Part shown: positions 48,902-59,497 of the stretch, one piece after another
Numbering within the stretch: the first letter of the stretch is position 1
Layout: each line of letters begins with the position of its first letter
IMG/VR virus record: IMGVR_UViG_3300018890_000002
Coordinates: 1 to 64,000 of that record
Source: a virus
Strand: one strand, 5' to 3'
Length of the DNA: 64,000 nt
Program-made: the position numbers and the translations under genes
Notes under the pieces: generated by a model
Databases searched by the model: none
What the model saw: the letters and a program-made list of their open reading frames with translations, nothing else
What the model was told of the DNA's origin: nothing

Positions 48902-49198
48902 ATGTCTACTGCAATCAACAAACAAGTCAAGCAAATAATGTCTAATTTCCCTTACTACTTGGGAGAATATTTGATAGTAAAGGAGACTAAGATTACTACA
49001 CATTTAGGTAGTGAATTTGCAATCTATCGAATAGAAATAATAGTGGGGGATGTTGTAAGATATTTAGATTTAATCACTACTGTCTTTCAATGTTTTAAAG
49101 GGGTTGGCGGTTTCTATGGAGATATCCGCTCAAGTCATCGGATAGCAGAGATAATGTGTGACTCATTAGCCGTTCTAGATTACCTTGAAGAGAGATAA
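48902..49198 (+). CDS. Hypothetical early protein
   Basis: AAGGAG RBS; 98 aa. Confidence 0.7.
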   Translation: MSTAINKQVKQIMSNFPYYLGEYLIVKETKITTHLGSEFAIYRIEIIVGDVVRYLDLITTVFQCFKGVGGFYGDIRSSHRIAEIMCDSLAVLDYLEER

Positions 49199-49207
49199 AC
49201 ATTCATC

Positions 49208-49263
49208 AATCTACAGCCAATAGGTGGCTACTAAGTAATTAGGTTCGATCCCTAAGTAGATTA
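49208..49263 (+). ncRNA. tRNA-like cloverleaf with vestigial anticodon arm
   Basis: AATCTAC/GTAGATT; GCC-AATAGGT-GGC; TAC-TAA-GTA; TTAGG-TTCGATC-CCTAA. Confidence 0.78.
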
Positions 49264-49302
49264 TTCCCAATATGAGTTATTGGGGTTTATTAGGAGGATC
49301 AA

Positions 49303-52300
49303 ATGTTTAAAAAGTCTGAGCTAAAAACTATTGCTAACTGTCAGCAAGCTCTCAGAAGTTTAATTGATGTCGAGTTCTTTTGCTACGATGTCAAGACTAT
49401 TTCTTTCTATTTCGGTACAACAAAGATCATCCTTAACAATGCTGACTCTAAAGCAATTGTGGATAAGGGGCCGAAGTTAGCCGATCTACAATTAGCCTGC
49501 ATGAACTTCTCAGCAACTTATAATTATAATGTTGTCTGCAAAGTGAACAATGAAGGATTGCTAGAAAGCACTACTGCTATTTATCAGTGGGATTCTACTA
49601 CTGAGAGGATGGTATTACTCCCTCTTGATGAAAATTTCCAAGCATTTGAATGTCCTCCACTTCCTGATGATGAGACAGTAGCAAATCTTGTCGATCGTCC
49701 GATTGTTCCGTTTGATTCAGAGACTAACACAGAAGTTAAGACCGAAAAAATTGAAGTAAAACCACAATCTGAGAAAGTCAAAATCGAGAAAACTCAAGCG
49801 AGCGAACCTATTACGCCAGAACTTGTAGAGGATATTACACCGATCAAGCTTCCCTCAGAAATTGGTGTTTATATCGTTCTTTCTGATAAAGAGAATCAAT
49901 CAGTCAAGAAGCGTCTCCCCATCTCATTAGAATCAATCAGACCGCATTTAATGGCTTGGTTGTCTGGTACGGATCAACATTATCAAGGGCAGTTAGCAAA
50001 GTTTAAAGAAGCAATCAAGAGTAGCAAACATAATGCACTAACTCTCTACCTCTACCGTCCTTATACGTGGCAGGTGATGGACGTAGCAGGAGATAAACAA
50101 CTGAGAAAAGTTGAGGTAACATCTGCTAAAACTCCTGAGATTAGAACCCAAAAGAAAGGAAGTATTACGCAAAACTCAAGGGATGCGATCCCGGAGTTGG
50201 GGTCAATGTACACTATCTCACCCGTTAAAATTTTGGAGTCTGGTAACATCTACTTAGCTCAGACTTACATAGAGTTAAGTGTGGATAATGATTACCTGCT
50301 ACGATCCCGTAAGATAGCGATCTTTGAAAATGGCACTCTGAAATATCATTCAGAATTGATTGAAACTGAAAGGGATAAGCATGATATTCACCCGTTAGTT
50401 GAGGCGGATGGTAAAAGGATATTTCCGCAGATGTCTATTGCTCATATTGAGTTACAAACGTTAGAACCTAACCCTAATAACCCGGAGTATTATCTCAACG
50501 TCAAAAAACCCCACTACGAACCTGTAATAGGTGGCAAGCTAGTATTAAAATCTAGTATCACTCCCGATACAGATATGAGTCAATTTGTGAAGGTAGGGAA
50601 TGATTATTTAGAATATAATACCTATCTCAACACTCCAATAAAATTTGAGGGATTCAAACACCCTAATATCTCACCTAAAGCACCAAAAAAACATGAGATA
50701 ACTCAGAGGCAGAACGTAAAACCCGTCAAGATTCACAATGAGAAAGTAGTCAGCGGACAGATAGAATTTACTGATGTAGTCTCTACCGTGCCAATGTTAC
50801 TCAGACTTACTCCTTCTCAAACAGGGTATGCTCTAGTTGGTTTACCTCTCAAATTACCTGATGACTTTACCTACGATCTAGCGCGATATATTGCATCTAA
50901 TTTAGGACAAAACTCGATTGGTTATCTTAACTCCGAGATACAACGGGTTAAAAGCTCCCCTAGCTTGATGATCGGTAGGTTTGACAAATATCAGCTATTA
51001 TCAGCATTGGAAAAATTAGCAAAAGGAGTGTTAGCAGAGGAAAAACTAGACCCCAAAGGAGTGTTAGAGAGTAAAAATAAGCTCAAAGCATATATGGGCA
51101 AGCAGGATTTCTACTCATCATCAGTTGACCCTTACTTCTCTTTCTACCCTTTAGCTAGTGTCAAGATAGTGCAAGAGACAGAAAGCCTAAAGTATAGCTA
51201 CCGTCTGACTAATTTCGGAGACAGTCGAGGGTTAATCAAGAATAATCTCTCATCAGTACAGACCTGGATTCAACGGATCAGTTACAATCTCAAGAATTAC
51301 TTTGGAGTCAAAAAACCTGACTTTAACGAGGTAAAAAACTACCTGAAGGATAACTTTAAATTCAAAAACTGTAATCTAAAGGTCTACTATTCTACTGGGA
51401 TCTTTTTTGAAGTCTGGCATCTAGATCAAATGGTAGCTAAGCAATTAATTAGCATAATTGATCCGGCTAATACAGAGAAAGTCTGGAACATCTCAGTTGT
51501 TAATATCGCCAGAAATATCCAGTTTGGTGATAATCGGATCTTTGAAAAAGTCTTAAAGTGTAACAACTTAATAGACTCTGATCTAATACAGTTCGCCAAG
51601 TCTCAACTCTCAAAAGTAGTAGACAAATTTATCACTGCTAACGAGAAAAAATTAGTAGGTGAGGGAAAAATAAAGCAGACTACAGCAGTTAAGGAAGTAG
51701 TAGGATTTGATAAGACTAGCCACGGGTTTAGTAACATTAAGTCTACCTTCTTAAGGTTTATTACTCCTTTCTCTATTGAATCAGAAGTAGATAAAGGTAA
51801 GCTATTCAACCTTAGAACGGGTAAGATATTAGACCGTCATTCTGCTAATGACCTATTCGAGACAATGGTTAAGAATTGGAAACAATGGGGTAGAGATAAA
51901 GATTCTACAATTCATTTAGGAGGATATGAGTTTAAAAAACCTAATCCTGGTAAGTTGATGCTTGAGATACATCACAAGGTATCGGATAATCCTGAGTTAG
52001 ACAAAATTATCTGGCCCGAAGTGATCGAGATATGGTGGCAACTGACAAACGAGCCAATAGGCTTTAGAACATCATCGGGAGTAGTCTTAACACCTTGGTC
52101 TATTCACTCTAATAGAGTTGATATCTGGGAGTATAGGATCAAAATGCAAAAGATCGACATTTTACGGGATCAGAAAACTAATGAAAGTAAACCCGATAGA
52201 ATCAAGTCACATTTACAGTTGTCTATAGAGAGATTGACTGAGATACTGGATAAAACTTATCCCATCTGGTATCAACAAATATCAGAGGATGTAAGGAAAC

Positions 52301-52356
52301 ATTTAGACGCTTTAGAGGAAGCTTTAGAACTAGCTAAAGAGTCAGATAACGTCTAA
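49303..52356 (+). CDS. Large hypothetical protein (1017 aa)
   Basis: Long ORF with AGGAGG RBS; no motif recognised. Confidence 0.85.
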   Translation: MFKKSELKTIANCQQALRSLIDVEFFCYDVKTISFYFGTTKIILNNADSKAIVDKGPKLADLQLACMNFSATYNYNVVCKVNNEGLLESTTAIYQWDSTTERMVLLPLDENFQAFECPPLPDDETVANLVDRPIVPFDSETNTEVKTEKIEVKPQSEKVKIEKTQASEPITPELVEDITPIKLPSEIGVYIVLSDKENQSVKKRLPISLESIRPHLMAWLSGTDQHYQGQLAKFKEAIKSSKHNALTLYLYRPYTWQVMDVAGDKQLRKVEVTSAKTPEIRTQKKGSITQNSRDAIPELGSMYTISPVKILESGNIYLAQTYIELSVDNDYLLRSRKIAIFENGTLKYHSELIETERDKHDIHPLVEADGKRIFPQMSIAHIELQTLEPNPNNPEYYLNVKKPHYEPVIGGKLVLKSSITPDTDMSQFVKVGNDYLEYNTYLNTPIKFEGFKHPNISPKAPKKHEITQRQNVKPVKIHNEKVVSGQIEFTDVVSTVPMLLRLTPSQTGYALVGLPLKLPDDFTYDLARYIASNLGQNSIGYLNSEIQRVKSSPSLMIGRFDKYQLLSALEKLAKGVLAEEKLDPKGVLESKNKLKAYMGKQDFYSSSVDPYFSFYPLASVKIVQETESLKYSYRLTNFGDSRGLIKNNLSSVQTWIQRISYNLKNYFGVKKPDFNEVKNYLKDNFKFKNCNLKVYYSTGIFFEVWHLDQMVAKQLISIIDPANTEKVWNISVVNIARNIQFGDNRIFEKVLKCNNLIDSDLIQFAKSQLSKVVDKFITANEKKLVGEGKIKQTTAVKEVVGFDKTSHGFSNIKSTFLRFITPFSIESEVDKGKLFNLRTGKILDRHSANDLFETMVKNWKQWGRDKDSTIHLGGYEFKKPNPGKLMLEIHHKVSDNPELDKIIWPEVIEIWWQLTNEPIGFRTSSGVVLTPWSIHSNRVDIWEYRIKMQKIDILRDQKTNESKPDRIKSHLQLSIERLTEILDKTYPIWYQQISEDVRKHLDALEEALELAKESDNV

Positions 52357-52487
52357 CCAAGCTAGCTAGGGTATATCTGGTAAATTATCCTAGCTTTAGC
52401 TACTAACTTAGATAACGTGCATAATCTGCATACCCAACTATCTATTATTAGTAGTGAACTGTAAACACTCAACATAGGACAGAAACA

Positions 52488-53381
52488 ATGCTTAACATTA
52501 ACGACGCGATCGCTTCTTTTGGTAACATGACTCTAGCAACCGTGGCAGAAGAGTCAATGATTCTCGAATACAAGCAAGCAGTTGAACGGAAAAATAAGTT
52601 AGGACAAGTTACATCTTACGCGGTTAAAGGTGATGCAACACTTGAGTCAATCTCGATTAATTGGTGTCAAGATAACGACGGTTCACAGTGTCTTCATCTT
52701 AAGAAAAAAACTGAATTGCTCGCTTCTTTCAATCTCCGATCTAATGGCACGATTGAATGGCTTCCTAATACTACATTCAACGTTCGATCGACATTAATTG
52801 CAAAACCAATTGATCCAGAACAAGACACAATAGTTTCTTTTTCGCTTTATAACTTCTTTGATCAGTGGATTAAGTCTAAGCCTTTCTCTGTTGGTCTTAA
52901 TCAACTAGCACAGGAGATGATCTACCCTCCTGCTGTTGTTAAGCTTCTATTGCTGTTTATTTCTTACATGACAGAGCGCACCCGCCAAGCTGAATTAACA
53001 GGTAAACTCTCTCAAGAAGCTAACCTGACAATTGACATGGATCGAGTATCTGTGATGTATCACGATCTGTTACGTCGCCTAGTTGGTGATAAAAAGCGGA
53101 TGCAAAGGTTATATGCAGGTGCAAGTGACTTCATCGCTCTGCCAGCTAACAGGGATGAGATTTTAGCTTTAGTAGCAGAAGAAGTCGATCAACCCGAACC
53201 AATAGCAGAAGAAAAAACCATCGATCCTGACAACACAGAAGACGATCAGGATATTATGTCTCTACCTTCAGAACCCCCCGACGATAAGAAATTTGAAGCA
53301 GATTTTAAGGAATTAGTAGAAAGTTCTGAACCGATCGAGGTAACAGTTAACCCTGATACTGAGGAAACACAACCAGAATAG
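52488..53381 (+). CDS. Hypothetical protein with acidic Pro-rich tail
   Basis: 297 aa ORF followed by terminator. Confidence 0.8.
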   Translation: MLNINDAIASFGNMTLATVAEESMILEYKQAVERKNKLGQVTSYAVKGDATLESISINWCQDNDGSQCLHLKKKTELLASFNLRSNGTIEWLPNTTFNVRSTLIAKPIDPEQDTIVSFSLYNFFDQWIKSKPFSVGLNQLAQEMIYPPAVVKLLLLFISYMTERTRQAELTGKLSQEANLTIDMDRVSVMYHDLLRRLVGDKKRMQRLYAGASDFIALPANRDEILALVAEEVDQPEPIAEEKTIDPDNTEDDQDIMSLPSEPPDDKKFEADFKELVESSEPIEVTVNPDTEETQPE

Positions 53382-53404
53382 TCTAACCCTCAAATAGTCA
53401 ATCT

Positions 53405-53440
53405 AGCCTCTATCCTTTAATTAGGGTAGGGGCTTTTTTG
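53405..53440 (+). terminator. Intrinsic terminator
   Basis: GCCTCTATCCT/AGGGTAGGGGC followed by T-run. Confidence 0.8.
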
Positions 53441-53466
53441 TGTCTTTCAATAGTTGATTTTCTTTT

Positions 53467-54160
53467 TTAGATATTACAAGAGATAACTTTTAGCTTTGTT
53501 ATAGTGCGTCCATCAATTTTTTTATTGTGATCTTTTATCGTGTACCAATAAGCTAGATCACTTGCTTTTGCAACTTTTTTAATATTTAATATCCTGTAAA
53601 TTTCTTGTAATTTTTTCTTAATTACTGACTTATCAAGTAATTGTTCTGGCTCTAAATTAAGCATATTCATAATTTCGCTACCTAAGTTAATTAAACCTTC
53701 ATCTATTCCTATTTGATTTTTAATAAGTTTTTCAGAAAACTGCAAAGCTCTCATTTTATCAAAACCTAATTTTTCATGAGCTTCCTTAATTAAAGGATGT
53801 ATTTTAGAGATAGAAATTCTATTTTCTGGATTATTTACATACTCTGCACAACATTTTTTAAAACTACTATTAATTTTGACATCGTTGACTTTATTTTTAT
53901 TATTTGTAATGGTTACATCTGCCTTTAATACTTTTTCTTTTTTAGGTAAATCTATTTGGATTGTAGGTTTAATATCTCTAAAAACACGGTCTTTATTATA
54001 AATAGGTTTATGAAGATTTATACAGTAAAGTTCAATAATATCTCTATCTACTTCATTTTTAATAATCATATATTCAACATAGTAAATGTACTCTTTCCAT
54101 TCTTGTGCTTCCGATAAATGCTGATAGAGACGATTTTTTAGGTTGTAGGTTTTTCCTATA
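53467..54160 (-). CDS. GIY-YIG endonuclease (N-terminally degenerate) fused to helicase-type C-terminal domain
   Basis: Frame is open upstream of Met 54069: IGKTYNLKNRLYQHL...ELYCINLHKPIYNK; C-terminus matches both helicases; start uncertain. Confidence 0.65.
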
Positions 54161-54254
54161 TTAGGTTTTTCTATCTTTTTTAAATTTTTACCTACTAGAA
54201 TTTTGGGGAGGATACTAACCTATGTCAGAAAACACAAACTAATAGGGGAGAGTT

Positions 54255-54542
54255 ATGGAAACTATAACTGCTGAAATAGTTAATTTTCGTAGAGGTAATG
54301 AAAAACAAGGAGTTAGACTTTGTGTAAGATTAGATATCAGGGGAGAAAAAGTCTACCACTACACTAATCTTTTAACTCGTAATGAAGAAAACTTCTGGAT
54401 TGATTGGACAGAAAATAACTTTCATAATCAACCAAAACTTAAGGTTAAACCCGGTGATAAGGTTTCTTTTGTTGGTGAGATTGAGGATAATCGTTCAAGC
54501 TGGGGAGGATACAAAATATTAAAAGGAGAAGTTATTAAGTAG
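54255..54542 (+). CDS. Hypothetical protein (possible OB-fold)
   Basis: GGAG RBS; VKPGDKVSFVGEI. Confidence 0.65.
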   Translation: METITAEIVNFRRGNEKQGVRLCVRLDIRGEKVYHYTNLLTRNEENFWIDWTENNFHNQPKLKVKPGDKVSFVGEIEDNRSSWGGYKILKGEVIK

Positions 54543-54893
54543 ATTGTATTCTTCGTCAACCTTATAATTTTCTCGTCAATATTGTAACTTCTCTCGATTT
54601 TTTTGTAAATTTTGAGAGAGGATTTTTTGCTGCTAATCGCATCTTTTTGTGATTTTGCCCACCTTAGATTTTTTTGGAGAATTCCCTTGCCTAGAATATT
54701 TTTCGATAATGCTGAAGATGCAGAGAAAGTATCCGAAAATATTGAGGAACCAGTAGAAGACAACCTTTCTATCAATGTAGATGCTGAAGAGTTAAATTTA
54801 GCATTGAAGCAAGTAAAAATTTCCCCAACAGCTTATTCAATTGCTGAAGTTACAGAACCATTACCACAATAACCCTAGAACCAGGAAAAAATT

Positions 54894-55100
54894 ATGACTA
54901 CTTGGCAAAATGTATCTGATGAAGTTTTTCTTCAAGCTCATATCAATCATGTAATCCGAGTTTGGGGTCATTGTCCTGATATTCCAGAAGATAAAGTTTC
55001 CTTAGTAATAGAAAGAGCTAAGAGACATTATGAGATGTTCCCAGACCAAGTAGAAGCTTTAGAAAAGGAGATTGCTAAGTTAATAATGGAAACTAAGTAA
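54894..55100 (+). CDS. Hypothetical protein
   Basis: 68 aa; AGGA RBS. Confidence 0.6.
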   Translation: MTTWQNVSDEVFLQAHINHVIRVWGHCPDIPEDKVSLVIERAKRHYEMFPDQVEALEKEIAKLIMETK

Positions 55101-55393
55101 TTTTCTATCGCTCAAATTGGAGCTTTGAAGATACAGCGAAAAAAGCACCTTACTGCATCTACCAACAATTATGGTACGGAGAATTTCCCTACGGAACTTG
55201 GTCTTGAGCGATTCGTAAATGTTTAGTAACTCAAGAAGTCAAAATATCAATGATTTGTACTGACATTAATCCATGAGGTTTAAGTGATTCTGATTATTGG
55301 GTAGAAAAGTGTAAGAGTTACGTTCCTGAGAGTATATCTGCTGATTTAGTAGCTACTAATATTTTCCACACTCTAAAACTAGCTAACTCTTAG
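55086..55393 (+). pseudogene. Degraded ORF with two in-frame TGA codons
   Basis: FYRSNWSFED..YGTWS*AIRKC..DINP*GLSDSDYW.. Confidence 0.45.
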
Positions 55394-55444
55394 AGGAAAT
55401 ATTTAACTTCTGAGAGTTACTAGGTGCAATCCCTAGAGAGTGTT
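55368..55444 (+). ncRNA. tRNA-like element lacking D stem, with long central helix
   Basis: ACACTCT/AGAGTGT; TAACTCTTAGAGG/CTTCTGAGAGTTA; CTAGG-TGCAATC-CCTAG. Confidence 0.7.
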
Positions 55445-55509
55445 TAGTCTAGGATACTTCCTTTACTTACAAGTAAGGTTTTCAACTACCCCTATGACTT
55501 CTTACGAAC

Positions 55510-56013
55510 GTGAAAGCTCAAACTAGCTCCTTAATTACTCCCATTCACTTCCTTCTATCTAGTGCTATTTATGATTTAGTAGCACATTCCGACTCAAAGT
55601 TCTATTATCTAAGAGCTTTATTCATATCCCCTCAGTGCTGTAGTGTGGAGAAATTTGAGCAGGTGATAGAAGATTATTCCTTAGATATTGAGGAAGAAAT
55701 TGAATCTGCTACTGAGAAAGTTATTGATTTAGTAGTAGGACTCAATAACCTATGGAAAACTCTGCCTATTACTTTTGAGGATTTACTAGAGACTTCTGAG
55801 GTAGATGCTGCTTTTGAACTTTTAGGAGCTACTGGAGATAGTACAAGGTTCTGGGATAATTATGAGTTACAAGATTTTGGATTAACTCAATTACCTCCTT
55901 TAGTTACAATTGAGTCTTTATATGAGGAAGCATATCTCATATTAGAGAAAGTCCGAGTAGCTAAGAGGAAAGTAATGCTTGCAAAGTTTTCAGATATGAG
56001 GAAAGCTGCTTAG
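55510..56013 (+). CDS. Hypothetical acidic protein
   Basis: 167 aa ORF; start uncertain. Confidence 0.65.
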   Translation: MKAQTSSLITPIHFLLSSAIYDLVAHSDSKFYYLRALFISPQCCSVEKFEQVIEDYSLDIEEEIESATEKVIDLVVGLNNLWKTLPITFEDLLETSEVDAAFELLGATGDSTRFWDNYELQDFGLTQLPPLVTIESLYEEAYLILEKVRVAKRKVMLAKFSDMRKAA

Positions 56014-56067
56014 TACATTCAATGCTAGGGAAGTGACTAACCTAGTTATCATCATAAGGAGAAATAA

Positions 56068-56247
56068 ATGACAAATCAATCTATCGAAACAGCACAGAAA
56101 TTAGTCGAGTTCTATCAATCTCAATTAGAGTTAACTCCTCAGTTCAAACTCTTAGAAACTGCTAAAAAAAATCTAGCAGAACTAAAAGATAAGGAGAGAG
56201 AAGACTATTGGAAAGGTAAAACTATCAGCATTGTGACGGGAGATTAA
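56068..56247 (+). CDS. Small coiled-coil protein related to N-terminus of 62748 ORF
   Basis: AAGGAG RBS; MTNQSIETAQKLVEFYQSQLELTPQF... Confidence 0.6.
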   Translation: MTNQSIETAQKLVEFYQSQLELTPQFKLLETAKKNLAELKDKEREDYWKGKTISIVTGD

Positions 56248-56393
56248 TCGTCTTTCAAGGCACTCTATCCCTAAGAATGAACTCCACATCATTTATCTAA
56301 GTAAAGTGTCCTCAATGAGCAATGAGAGCCATCTGAGAGGATATTAAGCTTAGGAAGATACTAACTAAGTTCTCAATAATTACAGGAGAAGCC

Positions 56394-57113
56394 ATGAATT
56401 CTAGTACCTTATTTTTCTACTTCAATAAAACTCAAGAATGTTTTGCAGTAGAAAGTAGAAGCTCAGGTTACTCAAAAGATAAAAGTAAAAAGTTCTATCA
56501 TTTAAAACCTAATGATGAAGCAGCTAGAAAATTGATGGAGTACGTAAAATTTAAAAACTGGACTGAGTATATCTCTGAAAAGAATACTCCTAAAATTATA
56601 CTAATAGGAGATCCTAACTCTAGCCATTTTTTTAGATTAGAGTACGAAGGCTATCAAGTAGATTTTACACCTGACAAATTTGCTGAAGAACCAAATAAGG
56701 AGAACACAATGAATTACACTGCTGAACATAAAGGTTTTACTCTCAACATCAATGAAGTATTAGACGCTCAACAAAATCCTATTTACTTTGAAGGAGAATG
56801 TAAAGAAATCAATTTTAGTGTTAAAGGATTTCATAAGGAATACCAACACTCAATGCAAGGTTTCTTCAAGTTAGTTTATAAGTTTAAAGATGAGGTAGAT
56901 AAACTGACAGAAGAAAAACAAGAAGATAAAGTTCTCAACCAACTCCATAAACAACTAGACAGATTAAGAGAAAGAGATAAAGAGATTAATTATCCGCCCT
57001 TTGAATTAAGAGGAGAGTTAATCAGTATTCATCATCTTTTTAGCGGTATTACAGAGCTAACTTTGGAAGATGTAAAGAGAATTTATTTTGAACGTGCAGA
57101 GAGTAACCAGTAA
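56394..57113 (+). CDS. Hypothetical protein (possibly two genes fused; internal AAGGAG and ATG at 56709)
   Basis: 239 aa ORF with AGGAG RBS. Confidence 0.7.
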   Translation: MNSSTLFFYFNKTQECFAVESRSSGYSKDKSKKFYHLKPNDEAARKLMEYVKFKNWTEYISEKNTPKIILIGDPNSSHFFRLEYEGYQVDFTPDKFAEEPNKENTMNYTAEHKGFTLNINEVLDAQQNPIYFEGECKEINFSVKGFHKEYQHSMQGFFKLVYKFKDEVDKLTEEKQEDKVLNQLHKQLDRLRERDKEINYPPFELRGELISIHHLFSGITELTLEDVKRIYFERAESNQ

Positions 57114-57134
57114 TTGATTAAAGGGAGAAAAATC

Positions 57135-57371
57135 ATGAGTGTAAATAGTTCTGAATTCTACAAACTTCAAACGAGATTAGAAGATATAAAAAATAATCTC
57201 AAACGTTATAAATCTACTGATCTATCTTTTGCCTACAATGTTCAAGAGTTAGAAGAAACAGCAGATGAAATTTTAAAGTCTTTAGCTACTGAATGGTTAA
57301 CTTGTAAAGAGTATAGAGAAGAATATGGAGAAGACGTGGATTATAACAATGATGATGAATTATTAGATTGA
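57135..57371 (+). CDS. Hypothetical protein
   Basis: GGGAG RBS before MSVNSS. Confidence 0.65.
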   Translation: MSVNSSEFYKLQTRLEDIKNNLKRYKSTDLSFAYNVQELEETADEILKSLATEWLTCKEYREEYGEDVDYNNDDELLD

Positions 57372-57490
57372 CCTAAAAGTTGAAATCTAAGAGTAAAATG
57401 AATATACAGAGCTAATAAAATATGTCAAAAATCTTGTGTCAGTGACCTATTTTCTAAAATAAGTGCTATAATACATTTATAGTTTAAAAT

Positions 57491-59284
57491 GTGTCAACCA
57501 TGAAATATCAGATTCAAGCTCCAAGTAATGCTCTTTATGTTAGTGATTTCCTAAGTGAAATTCCTAAAGGGATAATTGACAAAGCAGCGACGGGGGTAGG
57601 TATGAGTTCTATTGCTTTAGAAGATAAATATCCTACTATTATTGCTGTTCCTACTATTGAAGTGATTAGAAACAAAACTGCACAATATCCTAATGACAGA
57701 CGTTCTGAATCTGTTTTCGGGTACTATGCAGGAGTAAAAGATAAAAGCGTAATTGAGTATCTTAATTCTACTGCAATTCCTAAGATTTTAGTAACTTATG
57801 ATAGTTTTTATAAGGTGGCTAAACTAATAGACAAGACTATTTATCGAGTAGTTGTAGATGAATTCAGTGATTTACTAGATGCTTACAGCTACAGAGATAA
57901 AGCTATTGAACATTTACTATCAGCAGTCCAAGATTTTGAGTATGTATCTTACATCTCTGCTACTCCATTAAAAGAAGAGTATTATCCTGAAGCTCTTAAA
58001 GGTTTAGATGAGTATGAAATAGTTTGGCAAGGTTCAGTAAAGATTAAAGTTGAGAGAAAAAAGACAAATAAGCCTTATAAATTAGCTTGTAACATCATTG
58101 AAGCCTATAAAGCAGGAGGAAAAGAGGGGTTATTAATGCCTAATGGTCACTATTCTAAGTCTGCTTACTTTTTTGTTAACTCGGTTAACTCAATTGCAAG
58201 TATTTTAGAAGCTTCAGAATTAGAACCTAGTGAAGTGAGAGTAATTTGTGCTAATAACGAGGTAAACCAGAAAAAATTAGAAAATTATCCCATTGAAACT
58301 GCTTTAGCTCCTGAGAAAAAGTTTAATTTTATTACCAGTACAGCTTTTAAAGGTTGTGATTTCTACTCTGAAAGTGGGGTTACTTACATTATTAGTAACA
58401 CTTCTAACAGCAATACCTTAATTAGTATTGATACTGATGTTAAACAAATTGCAGGAAGGATTCGTAACTCTAATAACCCTTTCAATAACCACATTTACCA
58501 CATCTATAATACTGATAATTCACTTTTATCGGCTGAAGAGTTTGAGAAATTAGTTAAAAAGAAAACAAAAGCTACAGAATCCACTATTTCTCTATTTTAT
58601 AAAGGTAATGAAGAAGAAAGAGAAACTTATTTAGCTAATTACTATTTAAGAGCTAAGTGTAAATTTAGAGATGACGACTATACTTACCTCACTGATGAGA
58701 ATAATATTATCTTTAACCACTATGCGGTATTAAATGATAAGCGTAGATGGGAAGTTAGTAGTAATGTATATAGAGATGGAGTTTCTATTCGAGAAGCTTA
58801 TCTTAAAGCAGGATGTTTTGATATTTCTACTTATCAAGATTTTGAGAAAATAGAGGATAATGGCTTTTTAAATAAGCTTACTAATGGCAGCTTTAAGGAG
58901 TATTGTCTAAAATATATCAACAACACTGAAGAAAGAAGCTATATAGGTGATAGATTTCCAGTAATTAAAGAAGCATTTAGTCGACTAGGTGCTGATAGAA
59001 TGAAAGCTTTAAGTTATAATCCTTCAAGATTTCTATCTGAGATGCAGGTTAATTCAGATTCTACTCAAAACTACATAATTAGAGATTTAGAAAACACACT
59101 TGTAGTAGGACAAGAATACCTTTCAGCAGAAATAAAGGCTATGTTCAATAATATTTATTATGCAGTGGGGATAAAAAAGAAAGCTAAAGCTACTGATATT
59201 GAGGCTTATTGTGACATTGAGAAAAAACAAAGAAGATTTAAAGGTGTTCTTAAAAATGTAATTGAGATTAAAGCTTGGAAATAA
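57491..59284 (+). CDS. SF2 (DExx) helicase-like replication protein, paralog 2
   Basis: KAATGVGMS, VVVDEFS, YISATP, GCDFYS, QIAGRIR. Confidence 0.85.
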   Translation: MSTMKYQIQAPSNALYVSDFLSEIPKGIIDKAATGVGMSSIALEDKYPTIIAVPTIEVIRNKTAQYPNDRRSESVFGYYAGVKDKSVIEYLNSTAIPKILVTYDSFYKVAKLIDKTIYRVVVDEFSDLLDAYSYRDKAIEHLLSAVQDFEYVSYISATPLKEEYYPEALKGLDEYEIVWQGSVKIKVERKKTNKPYKLACNIIEAYKAGGKEGLLMPNGHYSKSAYFFVNSVNSIASILEASELEPSEVRVICANNEVNQKKLENYPIETALAPEKKFNFITSTAFKGCDFYSESGVTYIISNTSNSNTLISIDTDVKQIAGRIRNSNNPFNNHIYHIYNTDNSLLSAEEFEKLVKKKTKATESTISLFYKGNEEERETYLANYYLRAKCKFRDDDYTYLTDENNIIFNHYAVLNDKRRWEVSSNVYRDGVSIREAYLKAGCFDISTYQDFEKIEDNGFLNKLTNGSFKEYCLKYINNTEERSYIGDRFPVIKEAFSRLGADRMKALSYNPSRFLSEMQVNSDSTQNYIIRDLENTLVVGQEYLSAEIKAMFNNIYYAVGIKKKAKATDIEAYCDIEKKQRRFKGVLKNVIEIKAWK

Positions 59285-59497
59285 AAATAGTATTGACATA
59301 TTTTATCTAGTCTCTGTAGCTATATTAGACTTAGATTTTATAATTTATGTCAATTTCCTTACATTTTAATGACTTGAAACTTATCTTAAGGTCATACTAT
59401 TAAATAATGTAAGAACTTTTTATCCTACTATTAATTTAGTGGGATTTTTTGTGTACTAGAAGACAATAAACTATCACTTAACTTTAAGGAGTCCATT

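Noticed and set aside
54612-54872. 86-aa plus-strand ORF
   Set aside because: TTG start without RBS; only the acidic 3' half looks coding, so it is probably a gene remnant.
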